DNA of 64,000 bases from Maricaulis sp. Its GTDB lineage: Bacteria; Pseudomonadota; Alphaproteobacteria; Caulobacterales; Maricaulaceae. Position 1 is the first letter of the stretch. Each line of letters begins with the position of its first letter. Of this stretch, positions 32,739 to 42,868 are shown piece after piece. The stretch is taken from contig NZ_JBLWTD010000012.1 in the NCBI RefSeq assembly GCF_048270265.1, positions 9,469 through 73,468 of the forward strand. Direction: 5' to 3'. A program made the translations under genes and the position numbers. The notes under the pieces are model-generated. The model was not told the DNA's origin, searched no databases, and saw nothing but the letters and a program-made list of their open reading frames with translations.

Positions 32739-35204
32739 TCACTCCATCGAATCCTCATCCTCCACGGCGTTATCACCGCCGCGCGGGTCCTCCACCGGTT
32801 TCACCCAGCGGTCGAGCCAGTCAATGCTCTCGGCGAGGACGTGGAGCACGCTTTCGCGGCCACGATAACCGTGGCTCTCATAGGGCAGCATGACCAGGCG
32901 CGCCGTGCCGCCATTGCCCTTGATCGCGGCAAACATGCGCTCGGACTGGATCGGGAATGTGCCTGAATTATTGTCCATCTCGCCATGGATCATCAGCATG
33001 GGCTCATTGATTTCGTCGGCATGCATGAAGGGGCTGAGCTCGAAATAGACCTCCGGCGCTTCCCAGAAGGTACGCCGCTCGGACTGGAAGCCAAACGGCG
33101 TCAGGGTTCGGTTATAGGCACCGGAACGGGCAATGCCGGTGCGGAACTGATCGCTCGCGGCGAGCAGGTGGGCGGTCATAAAGGCGCCATAGCTGTGCCC
33201 GGCAATCGCGACCCGTTCGCCATCGCCAAAGCCGAGCGCGACCGTCTCGTCGATGGCGGCCTGGGCAGAGAGCACCAATTGCTCGATGAAGGTGTCATTG
33301 ACCGTCAGCGGATCATCGCCGACCACCGGCATGGTGGCGTTCTCGAGCAGGGCATAGCCCTGGGTGACGAGAAAGCGCGGGCTGGTGCCGCTGATGCGGG
33401 TGAACTGCCAGGGCGAACCGCGCACCTGGCCCGCCGTGGCGGCATCATTGTATTCCAGCGGATAGGCCCAGATCAGCACCGGCAGCTGGTCACCCTCCTC
33501 ATAGTCGGCCGGCAGGTAGAGTGTCGCGGAAAGCGGGACGCCATCGGACCGTTCATAGGTGATCAGGCGGCGCGAGATGGCGTTGAGCTGCGGGTGCGGG
33601 CTGACGAATTGGGTCAGCGCCGTCTCCGCACCATCCTGGCGATGCAGATAGAGATTGGCCGGCGTCACCGGATCCTCGCGCGAGATCAGGAAGGAGGACG
33701 CGTCGGGGGCGACCAGGCTGACCACGCTCTCATAGACCTCGCCGCTATTGCGCCAGATCTCCTCGGCCTCGAAGGTCTCGAAATCCACCCGGCGCAGGAA
33801 GGGGCGATTGCCCTCGGGGGTGGCGCCATCGCCGGCGAAATACATGAAGCCGTCCTCGACACCGATAACACTCTGGCCGAACGCATTGCGCACGGTCAGC
33901 GGATTGCCGGGATCGGCATAGGCGTCCTGGTTATTGCGTTCCTCGGCCAGGCGCGGTGCGACGTCCGGGTCGGCGAAATCGACCAGCCAGCGCCGGATGA
34001 TCCGGGTATCGCGGTCATACTCCACCGCAAAACCGGTTTCGCCGACATTGGTGAACTGGGTGCCGTAATAGCGGTCTTCGGTGCGCAGGATTTCACGCGG
34101 CTCGCCATCAAAGGGGGCTTCGAGTGCCCAGACGCTGTCACGCTGATCGATCTCGACCCGCGGATCACCGCCATCAAGCGCCTCGGCCCAGATAAGACGT
34201 GCCGGATGCGAGGCCTGCCAGCCAATATTGCGCCGTCCGGTTATCACGCCGCCGATGGGAATCCCGTCCGCAATCGGTTGCTCGGCAATGCGCGCGACCA
34301 CGCGGCCGCGCAGATCGAGCACTTCACTTCGATCCGCCAGCCGGTACCAGGGCTGCAGGAAGGAGAAGGGCCGCCGCAGCGATTCAGCGAGGATATATTC
34401 GCCGCCCGGAGCCGGGCTGGCGCTGTAATAGAGGCCGGGCTCGCCGATCCGGCGCTGATTGCGGCCATCGGCATCGATCAGCACAAGCTGGCTGCTGGCC
34501 AGCCAGGCAAACAGGTTCGCATCATCAATATCCTGCAACAGGTCCTGATAGGTTCGCACGGGCGATTCCTGGCCGCTGGCTTCCTGGATCACCGGGCCCG
34601 CAGGCACGCGCGCCCGTTCCGGCCGGGGCCCACGCTCCGGCGAGACCAGGCTGACCAGAAGGGTTTCGCCATCGGGCATCCAGCTGACCGGCGAGAAGAC
34701 GGCATTGATGCCCGACGCGATGATCTGGCGCGCCCGGGCACGGGCGACGTCGACGACCCAGAGGCTCAGTTCGCCGTCGCGGGTCACGATCATGGCGATT
34801 TTCGAACCGTCATGGGACCAGCTGATATGCGAGAGGCCGACATTGTCCGGCAGGGCCACAGGCCGTTCCTGGCCGGTTTCGATATCGAGCAGGCTCAACC
34901 CGACCACCGAGCGCGGCCCGTGACGGCCATTGGTCTCGGCGTCCAGCCGCAGCCCGGCCAGCCGCTCCATCGGGCGCGCCAGCTGGGAGACCGGTGGCAG
35001 GCTCTCGCGCTGCAGCAGGGCGATGGTGTCACGCGCCGGGGATGCCGATGTCCAGGGCGTTGGCTGGGCATCGACGATGTCGACAATCTCCTGCGGTGGC
35101 AGCCGGTAGGGCTCCTGCGCCGGGGCCAGTGCGCCCCAACCGGTCAGCACCACGGCCGCCACGCAGGCCCCTGCTCTCCACCATGCCTGGACTGTCATCA
35201 TCAT
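32739..35204 (-). CDS. S9 (prolyl oligopeptidase) family peptidase, exported
   Basis: AGHSYGAF nucleophile motif, HGEMDNN, LPYESHGY (Ser-Asp-His triad), N-terminal propeller region and signal peptide. Confidence 0.9.
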   Translation of the reverse strand: MMMTVQAWWRAGACVAAVVLTGWGALAPAQEPYRLPPQEIVDIVDAQPTPWTSASPARDTIALLQRESLPPVSQLARPMERLAGLRLDAETNGRHGPRSVVGLSLLDIETGQERPVALPDNVGLSHISWSHDGSKIAMIVTRDGELSLWVVDVARARARQIIASGINAVFSPVSWMPDGETLLVSLVSPERGPRPERARVPAGPVIQEASGQESPVRTYQDLLQDIDDANLFAWLASSQLVLIDADGRNQRRIGEPGLYYSASPAPGGEYILAESLRRPFSFLQPWYRLADRSEVLDLRGRVVARIAEQPIADGIPIGGVITGRRNIGWQASHPARLIWAEALDGGDPRVEIDQRDSVWALEAPFDGEPREILRTEDRYYGTQFTNVGETGFAVEYDRDTRIIRRWLVDFADPDVAPRLAEERNNQDAYADPGNPLTVRNAFGQSVIGVEDGFMYFAGDGATPEGNRPFLRRVDFETFEAEEIWRNSGEVYESVVSLVAPDASSFLISREDPVTPANLYLHRQDGAETALTQFVSPHPQLNAISRRLITYERSDGVPLSATLYLPADYEEGDQLPVLIWAYPLEYNDAATAGQVRGSPWQFTRISGTSPRFLVTQGYALLENATMPVVGDDPLTVNDTFIEQLVLSAQAAIDETVALGFGDGERVAIAGHSYGAFMTAHLLAASDQFRTGIARSGAYNRTLTPFGFQSERRTFWEAPEVYFELSPFMHADEINEPMLMIHGEMDNNSGTFPIQSERMFAAIKGNGGTARLVMLPYESHGYRGRESVLHVLAESIDWLDRWVKPVEDPRGGDNAVEDEDSME

Positions 35205-35308
35205 TCATTCCCCTTGCGCGCTGGCCGCCAAGACGGCCCCGGATTGTGCCGGGAAGGTAAATGAGATTGCGGCCAGCGAGTCTGACAAGTTTGTAATATT
35301 GCTCTGGA

Positions 35309-36517
35309 TTACACGGTCGCACTCACAGCGCGGCCACTGCGCGGGGTAGCCTTCCATTTCAGCCCCATCACCGGCCGCAGCAGCGGCACCCGCTTCACCA
35401 GCTCATAGCCGAGGCCGCAGCCGATCACCGTCATCGCGACAAGAATCCAGAACTCGGTCCAGACGCCGAAGCCCATCGAGCCGATCCAGAAACCACCGAC
35501 CACGATGATGGTCTGGTGCAGAATATAATAGGGAAAGACGGCTTCGGTGAGATAGCGGCGGGCGGCATTGTCGTGATTGAAGAAACGACGCGCGAGCCCC
35601 AGCAGGGTCAGGATAATGGCCCATGCAAAGAAGATGCGGTCGAAGCGAGCGGTCCAGACGAGAGGCATATTGTTCTCGATCGCCGGCCAGGTTGAATAGC
35701 AGGCATAGAGGAAGATGAAAGAGGACACTGTGAGCGTTCCGGCCCAGGGCAGGACCCGGTCAATCGCGCGCCAGAGCGCCTCATTGCGGGCGAAGAAATA
35801 GCCATAGAGCAGGATCAGGAAGCTGTTGGCATGATTGGCCCAGTCCCAGGTGAGGTTATGGGTGGTCGGGAAATGCTCGACCAGGGTGAAACGGATCGCC
35901 ACAAAGGGCAGGAGCGGCAGAATGATCATCAGGACCGGTCCCAGCACCGGGCGCTCGAACAAGCCGCCGACTGCCCTGAGGGCCTTGCTGTCGGCCACCG
36001 CCCGCAAGGCCGGGATCACCGGCGCCAGCAGCATGCAATAAACGAACAGATAGGCGACATACCAGAGATGGTTCCAGGTTGGCGTCTCGACCGACCAGGG
36101 GCCGTCCCAGATGAAGGCGTAGCCCTGATAGAAGGTCCAGAAATCCGGCCCGATCTCGCCAGCCTCCTGCAATTGCACCCAGGTTTGTGGCGCGACGATC
36201 ACATACATGCCGAACAGGATCACCGGGAAGAGCCGTACAAACCGGTCGCGGGCAAAACTCGCTGCGCCGAGCTTGTCGGACAGGAAGCGGATCGCGACCC
36301 CGGAGATGAAGAACAGCAAGGGCAGCCGCCACGGGCTGGAGAGCCACATCAAGGGCTCCATCGCGTCATTCACATGCGTGCTCTTGGCGTGCCAGCCCTC
36401 CGTGTTGAAGAACATGCCGATGTGATAAAAGATCAGCAGTCCGAACACACCGATCCGAAGCCAGTCGAGATCGAAGCGGCGGGGGCTGGGCGTGATGGCC
36501 TTGGCAGGGTTGGTCAT
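35309..36517 (-). CDS. Acyltransferase-3 (OpgC/MdoC-like) membrane acyltransferase
   Basis: RRFDLDWLRIGVFGLLIFYH, WRLPLLFFISG, HLWYV, FPYYILHQT; about 10 TM segments. Confidence 0.88.
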   Translation of the reverse strand: MTNPAKAITPSPRRFDLDWLRIGVFGLLIFYHIGMFFNTEGWHAKSTHVNDAMEPLMWLSSPWRLPLLFFISGVAIRFLSDKLGAASFARDRFVRLFPVILFGMYVIVAPQTWVQLQEAGEIGPDFWTFYQGYAFIWDGPWSVETPTWNHLWYVAYLFVYCMLLAPVIPALRAVADSKALRAVGGLFERPVLGPVLMIILPLLPFVAIRFTLVEHFPTTHNLTWDWANHANSFLILLYGYFFARNEALWRAIDRVLPWAGTLTVSSFIFLYACYSTWPAIENNMPLVWTARFDRIFFAWAIILTLLGLARRFFNHDNAARRYLTEAVFPYYILHQTIIVVGGFWIGSMGFGVWTEFWILVAMTVIGCGLGYELVKRVPLLRPVMGLKWKATPRSGRAVSATV

Positions 36518-36610
36518 TTTCCTGGACTCCCGGATAGAGAAGAATGGCCACCTTCATCGCCAGCGCCCGCCAGGATGGCCAGTGCCCCGGTATCGATAGC
36601 GGCCCGCCGT

Positions 36611-36661
36611 GACAGGCGGCTGCAGCGCGGGGACAAGCGGCGGCAAACGGGGCCAAGCGGC
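36611..36661. promoter_or_regulatory. Phased direct repeats, candidate LytTR-binding site
   Basis: GACAGGCGGC (36611), GACAAGCGGC (36632), GGCAAACGGG (36642), GCCAAGCGGC (36652). Confidence 0.55.
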
Positions 36662-36707
36662 GCAGTGCCCGGCTTGCCTCAGCGGGTAGCAGTGGCATGA
36701 TCAGGCG

Positions 36708-37556
36708 ATGAACACGGTCGATTTTCAAAATGAACAGGACGCCGAGCGCCGCGCCACACTGCACGCCCTGCTCGCCTTTTCGGCCATGGCGCTGGCCTTC
36801 TGGGTCGTCAACGCCACCTCCATCATCATGGAGGAGGCGCGCGACGGAGAGAGCTTCAATGCCTGGAAAGCGTGGTTTCTCGAGGGCAGCAGCACGGTTT
36901 ACCTGCTGATCCTGTGCTGGACAGCGGTGGGACCGTGGGAGCGCCGCTTCCCTCTCGGCGGTGCCAGCTGGACGCGCTGGCTACCCGCGCATATCGGCGG
37001 CGCCCTGGTGTTCTCGCTCCTGCACGTTACTGCCATGGGCGTCACGCGCGACGCGCTGTATCCGGTCCTGTTCAACACGGACTATCAGTTCTTCGAGAAC
37101 CCGCTGCAGACCTTCATCTATGAATTGCGCAAGGATGTGCTGAGCTACATCTCGGTCCTGCTGACCCTGACCGGTTTTCGCACCATTGAATGGCACCGGC
37201 TGGAAGCCGCCGCTGCCCGGACGGAGGCGCGCACCCATCACCGGGTCAATCTCAAATGCGGCGGCCGTGTCATGCACCTTGCCGCGTCCGATTTCAGCAC
37301 AGCCCGCGCGGCCGGCAATTATGTCGAGGCGCGTTTCGGCGCGCGTGAACATCTGGCGCGCATGACGCTGAATCAACTGGACCAGCTCCTGCGCGAGGCG
37401 GGAGTAGACTCGGTTCGCGTTCACCGCTCCTGGCTGGTCAATCGCGACATGATCGCGCAAACCGTCCCTACCGGCGAGGGCGATGTGACGATTACCCTGT
37501 CCAATGGCGAGACCGTCCCCGGCAGCCGCCGCTATCGCGACCGGCTCGCGGCATAG
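36708..37556 (+). CDS. Membrane-bound LytTR family transcriptional regulator
   Basis: N-terminal TM helices; C-terminal LytTR domain (AAGNYVE, VRVHRSWLVN, GSRRYR). Confidence 0.9.
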   Translation: MNTVDFQNEQDAERRATLHALLAFSAMALAFWVVNATSIIMEEARDGESFNAWKAWFLEGSSTVYLLILCWTAVGPWERRFPLGGASWTRWLPAHIGGALVFSLLHVTAMGVTRDALYPVLFNTDYQFFENPLQTFIYELRKDVLSYISVLLTLTGFRTIEWHRLEAAAARTEARTHHRVNLKCGGRVMHLAASDFSTARAAGNYVEARFGAREHLARMTLNQLDQLLREAGVDSVRVHRSWLVNRDMIAQTVPTGEGDVTITLSNGETVPGSRRYRDRLAA

Positions 37557-37583
37557 AAAAACCCGCCGGATTGCTCCGGCGGG
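37557..37583 (-). terminator. Rho-independent terminator after pnp
   Basis: CCCGCCGGA-ttgc-TCCGGCGGG stem with an adjacent A5 run (T run on the minus strand). Confidence 0.8.
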
Positions 37584-37620
37584 ATCTTCATTCAGATCTG
37601 ATCACCAGGACCGGAGAGGC

Positions 37621-39750
37621 TTACGCCTCTGCAGCATCCTTGGCGATTTCGAGACCGGTTTCCTGGTCGACGACTTTCATCGACAGGCGAACCTTGCCGC
37701 GATCATCGAAGCCGAGGAGTTTGACGTAGACTTCATCGCCTTCCTTCAGCAGGTCGGACGGGTGGTTCACGCGCTCATTGCGGAGCTGGGAAACGTGGAC
37801 CAGGCCGTCTTTCGGGCCGAAGAAATTCACGAAGGCACCAAAATCCATGACCTTGACGACCTTGCCCTTGTAGATCTTGCCTTCTTCAGGCTCGGCGGTG
37901 AGGCCGATGATCCAGTCGAGCGCAGCCTTGATCGAGGACGCATCCGAAGACGAGACCTTGATCACGCCTTCATCATTGACGTCGACCTTGGCACCGGTCT
38001 TTTCGACGATCTCACGGATCACCTTGCCGCCGGTTCCGATAACGTCACGGATCTTGTCGGTCGGGATGGTGATGGTTTCGATGCGCGGCGCAAATTCGCC
38101 GAGCTCGGAGCGCGAGGTGTCGAGAGCCTTGGCCATCTCGGCGAGGATGTGCATACGGCCACCCTTCGCCTGATCGAGGGCTGTGTGCATGATCTTCTCG
38201 TCGATACCGGCGATCTTGATGTCCATCTGGAGCGATGTGACACCTTCGGCCGTCCCGGCAACCTTGAAGTCCATATCGCCGAGGTGATCTTCATCACCCA
38301 GGATGTCGGACAACACGGCAACGCCTTCAGGATCCTTGATCAGGCCCATGGCGATACCCGAAACCGGACGCGTCAGAGGCACACCGGCATCCATCATCGC
38401 CAGCGAAGCACCACACACGGTGGCCATCGAGGACGAACCATTGGATTCGGTGATCTCGGACACGAGACGGATCGTGTACGGGAAGTCGGCATGCGACGGC
38501 AGAACCGCACGAACAGCGCGCCAGGCAAGCTTGCCATGGCCGATTTCGCGACGGCCCGGAGCCAGGCGGAAGGAGGTTTCACCGACCGAATATGGCGGGA
38601 AGTTATAATGGAGCATGAAGCGCTCCTTATAGGTCCCCGTCAGATCGTCGACGAATTGCTCGTCTTCGCCGGTGCCGAGCGTAGCCACGACCATCGCCTG
38701 GGTTTCACCCCGGGTGAAGAGGGCCGAACCGTGGGTGCGAGGCAGGATACCCGCCTCGGACACGATCGGACGGACCTGGTCGAGGGCACGGCCATCGATA
38801 CGCTTGCCGGTCTTGATGATGCCGCCACGAACGATGGAGGCTTCAACCGATTTCATCACGTCCTTGAGAACCGTGCCGGCAATGCCGTCAGGATTGTCGT
38901 CGGAACGGGCCAGGGCTGCGACAGCCTTGGCCTTGGCTGCGTTGACAGCCGCATAACGCTCGGTCTTGTCGACATTGGTATAGGCAGTAGCCAGCTCGTC
39001 ACCAATCAGCTCACGAACCTTGGCTTCAACGGCGGAATGATCTTCCGGCTCGTAATCCCAAGGCTCTTTCGCGGCTTTTTCGGCCAGACGGATGATCGCA
39101 TCGATCACCGGCTGGAAAGCCTTGTGACCGGCCATGACGGCGCCAAGCATGATTTCCTCGGAAAGCTCTTTCGCTTCCGATTCAACCATCATGACGGCAT
39201 CGCCGGTGCCCGCGACCACGAGGTCCAGGGCGCTGTCAGCCATTTCATAGACAGGCGGGTTGATGACGTATTCGCCATCGAAATAACCGACGCGAGCCGC
39301 GCCGATCGGACCCATGAAGGGCAGACCCGACAGGACCAGGGCGGCAGAAGCGCCGATCAGGCCAACAATGTCAGGATCGTTTTCCATGTCGTGCGAGAGC
39401 ACGGTCAGCATCACCTGGACTTCGTTCTTGAAGCCTTTGGGGAAGAGCGGACGGATCGGGCGGTCAATGAGGCGCGAGGTCAGCGTCTCTTTTTCCGACG
39501 GACGGCCTTCGCGCTTGAAGAACCCACCCGGGATCTTGCCGGCGGCAAAGGTTTTTTCCTGGTAATTGACCGTGAGAGGGAAGAAGTCGGCCCCTTCCTT
39601 GACGGTCTTGACGCCAACGGCGGTGGCGAGAACAGTCGTCTCGCCATAGGTCACCATGACCGAGCCATTGGCCTGACGGGCTACTCGCCCGGTTTCGAAA
39701 GTGAGAGGGCGGCCCTCCCACTCGATCGTTTCTTTTTGAATATCGAACAT
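37621..39750 (-). CDS. pnp: Polyribonucleotide nucleotidyltransferase
   Basis: [42 protein letters not shown] and S1 domains. Confidence 0.98.
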   Translation of the reverse strand: MFDIQKETIEWEGRPLTFETGRVARQANGSVMVTYGETTVLATAVGVKTVKEGADFFPLTVNYQEKTFAAGKIPGGFFKREGRPSEKETLTSRLIDRPIRPLFPKGFKNEVQVMLTVLSHDMENDPDIVGLIGASAALVLSGLPFMGPIGAARVGYFDGEYVINPPVYEMADSALDLVVAGTGDAVMMVESEAKELSEEIMLGAVMAGHKAFQPVIDAIIRLAEKAAKEPWDYEPEDHSAVEAKVRELIGDELATAYTNVDKTERYAAVNAAKAKAVAALARSDDNPDGIAGTVLKDVMKSVEASIVRGGIIKTGKRIDGRALDQVRPIVSEAGILPRTHGSALFTRGETQAMVVATLGTGEDEQFVDDLTGTYKERFMLHYNFPPYSVGETSFRLAPGRREIGHGKLAWRAVRAVLPSHADFPYTIRLVSEITESNGSSSMATVCGASLAMMDAGVPLTRPVSGIAMGLIKDPEGVAVLSDILGDEDHLGDMDFKVAGTAEGVTSLQMDIKIAGIDEKIMHTALDQAKGGRMHILAEMAKALDTSRSELGEFAPRIETITIPTDKIRDVIGTGGKVIREIVEKTGAKVDVNDEGVIKVSSSDASSIKAALDWIIGLTAEPEEGKIYKGKVVKVMDFGAFVNFFGPKDGLVHVSQLRNERVNHPSDLLKEGDEVYVKLLGFDDRGKVRLSMKVVDQETGLEIAKDAAEA

Positions 39751-39779
39751 ATCGTCTTTCGTACGGATGCGGTCGCGGA

Positions 39780-40049
39780 TCAGCGGCGCAAGCCAAGCTT
39801 CTCGATGATTGCCCGGTAACGAGCATCGTCTTTATTCTTCACGTAATCGAGAAGACGGCGGCGCTGGGAGACCATTTTCAGAAGGCCGCGACGCGAGTGG
39901 TTGTCCTTCTTATGGGTCTTGAAGTGCTCCGTGAGGTTCGCGATCCGCTCGGTCAGGATGGCCACTTGGACCTCCGGCGAGCCAGTATCTGCGCTACCAC
40001 GGGCATGCTCTGAGATGAGCGCGGATTTGCGCTCTTGCGTAATCGACAT
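39780..40049 (-). CDS. rpsO: 30S ribosomal protein S15
   Basis: [28 protein letters not shown]. Confidence 0.98.
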   Translation of the reverse strand: MSITQERKSALISEHARGSADTGSPEVQVAILTERIANLTEHFKTHKKDNHSRRGLLKMVSQRRRLLDYVKNKDDARYRAIIEKLGLRR

Positions 40050-40076
40050 CGGGTTCTCCTAAACTCTGTCGACCCC

Positions 40077-41033
40077 TTACCGGGGCAAGTTGAAAACACG
40101 CACAGGCTGGAACTTTCCGGCCCGTGCCTCGCCGATTGCCACTGCCTGCCCGTCCAGGGTCGCCAGAGCCATGAAACTACAATCCTTGCCCGCAATGGTG
40201 AGGGGGCGACGACTGGCTTTCAGCTCTTGCGCTTGACGCGGGAGCAGGACGATCGACCGTCCTAGCTTCAGATTGGATGTTTCCTCTTCGGTGATGGCCA
40301 TCGCCGGGATGTCGTCCAGCGCGGTCTGTACCGGGAGCAAAGCTTCCGAAGCGGCGCCCTTATGAGCCATTTCTCGCAATCCGTCCAGCGTTGTGGATTC
40401 TGCCTCGGCGAAGCTCCCGACGACCAGACGCCGCAAGGCCACGACATGACCTTCCGTACCCAGGGCGTGAGCGAGGTCGCGCGCCATGGAGCGGACATAG
40501 GAACCCTTGCCGCAACGCATTTCAAACACGGCATGATCGGCATCGGGGCAATCGGTGAGCGTGAGGTCATCGATCCGGATCGTGCGCGCCTCGAGCTCGA
40601 CTTCCTCGCCATCGCGGGCGAGGTCATAGGCGCGCTCGCCATTGACGCGGATCGCGGAAAAGATCGGCGGAACCTGCTGGATCTCGCCGGTAAAGCGCGG
40701 CAGGACAGCCTCGATTGCCGCACGCTCCGGACGCACATCGGAGGAGGCGACCAGCTTGCCTTCGGAATCGAGCGTATCCGTGCGCTCACCCCATCTGACC
40801 GTGAAGCGGTAGAGCTTGGCGCCCTCCATTGCGAAGGGCACTGTCTTCGTCGCCTCGCCGAGGGCGATCGGCAACACGCCGGTGGCGAGCGGGTCCAGCG
40901 TGCCGGCATGGCCCGCCTTCTTCGCATCGAAGATCCGGCGAACGGCCGAAACAGCCTGGGTCGAGGTCATGTCGAAAGGCTTGTCCAGGATCACCCAGCC
41001 ATGGATGTCCTGGCCCTTGTTCTTGCGGGCCAT
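40077..41033 (-). CDS. truB: tRNA pseudouridine(55) synthase
   Basis: [31 protein letters not shown]. Confidence 0.97.
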   Translation of the reverse strand: MARKNKGQDIHGWVILDKPFDMTSTQAVSAVRRIFDAKKAGHAGTLDPLATGVLPIALGEATKTVPFAMEGAKLYRFTVRWGERTDTLDSEGKLVASSDVRPERAAIEAVLPRFTGEIQQVPPIFSAIRVNGERAYDLARDGEEVELEARTIRIDDLTLTDCPDADHAVFEMRCGKGSYVRSMARDLAHALGTEGHVVALRRLVVGSFAEAESTTLDGLREMAHKGAASEALLPVQTALDDIPAMAITEEETSNLKLGRSIVLLPRQAQELKASRRPLTIAGKDCSFMALATLDGQAVAIGEARAGKFQPVRVFNLPR

Positions 41034-41108
41034 GTCTGTCTCTCAAATCTGTTCGCAAAGGCGGGGCATGGCCGGACGCCGGCCCCGATACCGCCGGGAC
41101 CCGGCGTC

Positions 41109-41528
41109 TCAGTCCTCGCTGCCGTCCTCATCGTCGGAATGCAGGTCGCGCTGGACCTGGGGCCGCGCCAGCAGCCGGTCGACATGGCTGGCGGTCTCAT
41201 AACTGTTGTCGGCGTGAAAATGCAGTTCCGGCGTGAATTTCAGCTCGATCTCGCGACCCAGCCGCCCGCGCAGGAAGCTGGCGCCGCGATTGAGCGCCTT
41301 GGCCAGCGCAGCAGGCTCGCCCGGGCCCAGCGGTGCGACATAGACTTTCGCGACGCGCAAATCGGAACTCATGCGCACTTCGCTGACCGTGATCAGGGCT
41401 TTTTCAAGCTCGGGATCGCGCAGGTCTCCGCGCGCCAGCAAGGTCACCAGCGCATGCCGGATAATCTCGCCAGCGCGGAGTTGGCGCTGCGTGGCTGTCT
41501 TCGGTTCGCGGGTTGGTCTACGGGCCAT
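41109..41528 (-). CDS. rbfA: Ribosome-binding factor A
   Basis: RQLRAGEIIR, ITVSEVRMSSDL, LKFTPELHF. Confidence 0.95.
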   Translation of the reverse strand: MARRPTREPKTATQRQLRAGEIIRHALVTLLARGDLRDPELEKALITVSEVRMSSDLRVAKVYVAPLGPGEPAALAKALNRGASFLRGRLGREIELKFTPELHFHADNSYETASHVDRLLARPQVQRDLHSDDEDGSED

Positions 41529-41784
41529 AACACCTCTCCGAGGTCGGCGGCACAGGCGTCAAATCGCTGCACCGGCAAGGCGCGCGGGTGTACGCCGGTT
41601 GCGCGGGGGATGCAAGAGCCCGGGATCGACACCCTCAATGAAGGCCGGATTACAGCGTGTTCAAGAAGCACGCGAAAATGTGACCCCCGCGTGCAGGCTC
41701 GTGTCTTGCGATCAACCGGCCTCAGGCTGCACACAGGGTGGAGCGAAACGACCTGAACACTGCCATCCCGGCCGGAGCCCCGCC

Positions 41785-42285
41785 ATGAACCGACTTGTCC
41801 TCTCCCTGCTCGCCTGCCTGACCTTGGCCGGCCCGGCCATGGCGACCGGCATAACGGGCAATTCACGCGAGATCGCCGAGGCCTATCTCGCGGCGTATCA
41901 GCGCCAGGACCATGATGCGATGCGGGCGCTCTATGCCGAAAACGCGCGCTTCATCGATCCAACCTCACTGGCGATCCCACAGATCACCGCGCCGATCGAC
42001 TGGCGCGGGGCCGACGCCATCATCGCCGGCATCTCCAGCTGGGGCATCGATCATCTGAATTACACGGTCGAGCGCAGCTATGAATCCTCGGACGCCGTCA
42101 TCTTCGATGGCCGCACAGTGGTGAGCTATGAGACCGCGATCGGCGAGAGGCGCTTCATCTACCCGATCATCACGATCATCACCGTGCAGGACGGCAAGGT
42201 CGTCGAGCATCGTGACTACACCGACTTCGCCGGCGCGCGCGAGCTGCCGGCACCCCCATCCCGTCAAACCAGGAGAGAAAAATGA
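41785..42285 (+). CDS. SnoaL-like/NTF2 family protein, exported
   Basis: Signal peptide; AEAYLAAY, YAENARFIDP, GKVVEHRDY. Confidence 0.85.
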   Translation: MNRLVLSLLACLTLAGPAMATGITGNSREIAEAYLAAYQRQDHDAMRALYAENARFIDPTSLAIPQITAPIDWRGADAIIAGISSWGIDHLNYTVERSYESSDAVIFDGRTVVSYETAIGERRFIYPIITIITVQDGKVVEHRDYTDFAGARELPAPPSRQTRREK

Positions 42286-42776
42286 AACGCACTCTGGTGG
42301 CCCTGGCCGCGATCATCACCCTGTCGGCCGGCGCCGGAGCGCAGGACGCTCCCGACGCTGAAAGCATCGCCCGGGCCTATATGGACGCCTATTCGGCGGC
42401 GAATATCGATGCCATGGAGCCCATGATGGCTCAAGACATGGTGTTCGATGACCCGACGGCGATGGGCGAAGGTCTCGGCCCGGAGGGGATTCATCGCGAG
42501 GGCCGCGATGCCAGCCTGGCCATGCTGCGAGACTTCATCGGCACCTATAACCCGATCGAGCTCGGCTTCGTGTGGGATACCGTCTTCGCGAGCAATGACC
42601 GGGTCGTCTTCACCGGTCACGTCAATGCCCTCTACCCGACCGAGACCGAGGGCCAGGTCTTCCGCTGGCGGGCTGACCAGGTCAGCGTGATCACAGTGCG
42701 CGACGGGCTGGTGGTCCACCACCAGGATTTCGCCAACTACGCCGCGCCCGAGCAGGGCCTGATGCCGGCGCAATAG
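42282..42776 (+). CDS. SnoaL-like/NTF2 family protein, exported (paralog)
   Basis: Signal peptide; ARAYMDAY, MVFDDPT, GLVVHHQDF; ATGA overlap with the upstream paralog. Confidence 0.85.
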   Translation: MKRTLVALAAIITLSAGAGAQDAPDAESIARAYMDAYSAANIDAMEPMMAQDMVFDDPTAMGEGLGPEGIHREGRDASLAMLRDFIGTYNPIELGFVWDTVFASNDRVVFTGHVNALYPTETEGQVFRWRADQVSVITVRDGLVVHHQDFANYAAPEQGLMPAQ

Positions 42777-42812
42777 ACCCGGACGCACCGGCCCGCGGGC
42801 CACCACAAAAGC

Positions 42813-42843
42813 AAAAAGGGCGGCCCGTTGGAGCCGCCCTTTT
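42813..42843. terminator. Bidirectional Rho-independent terminator
   Basis: AAAAGGGCGGC-loop-GCCGCCCTTTT between the convergent SnoaL pair and infB. Confidence 0.85.
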
Positions 42844-42868
42844 CATATTCTGCATCAGAAAGTCCGGA

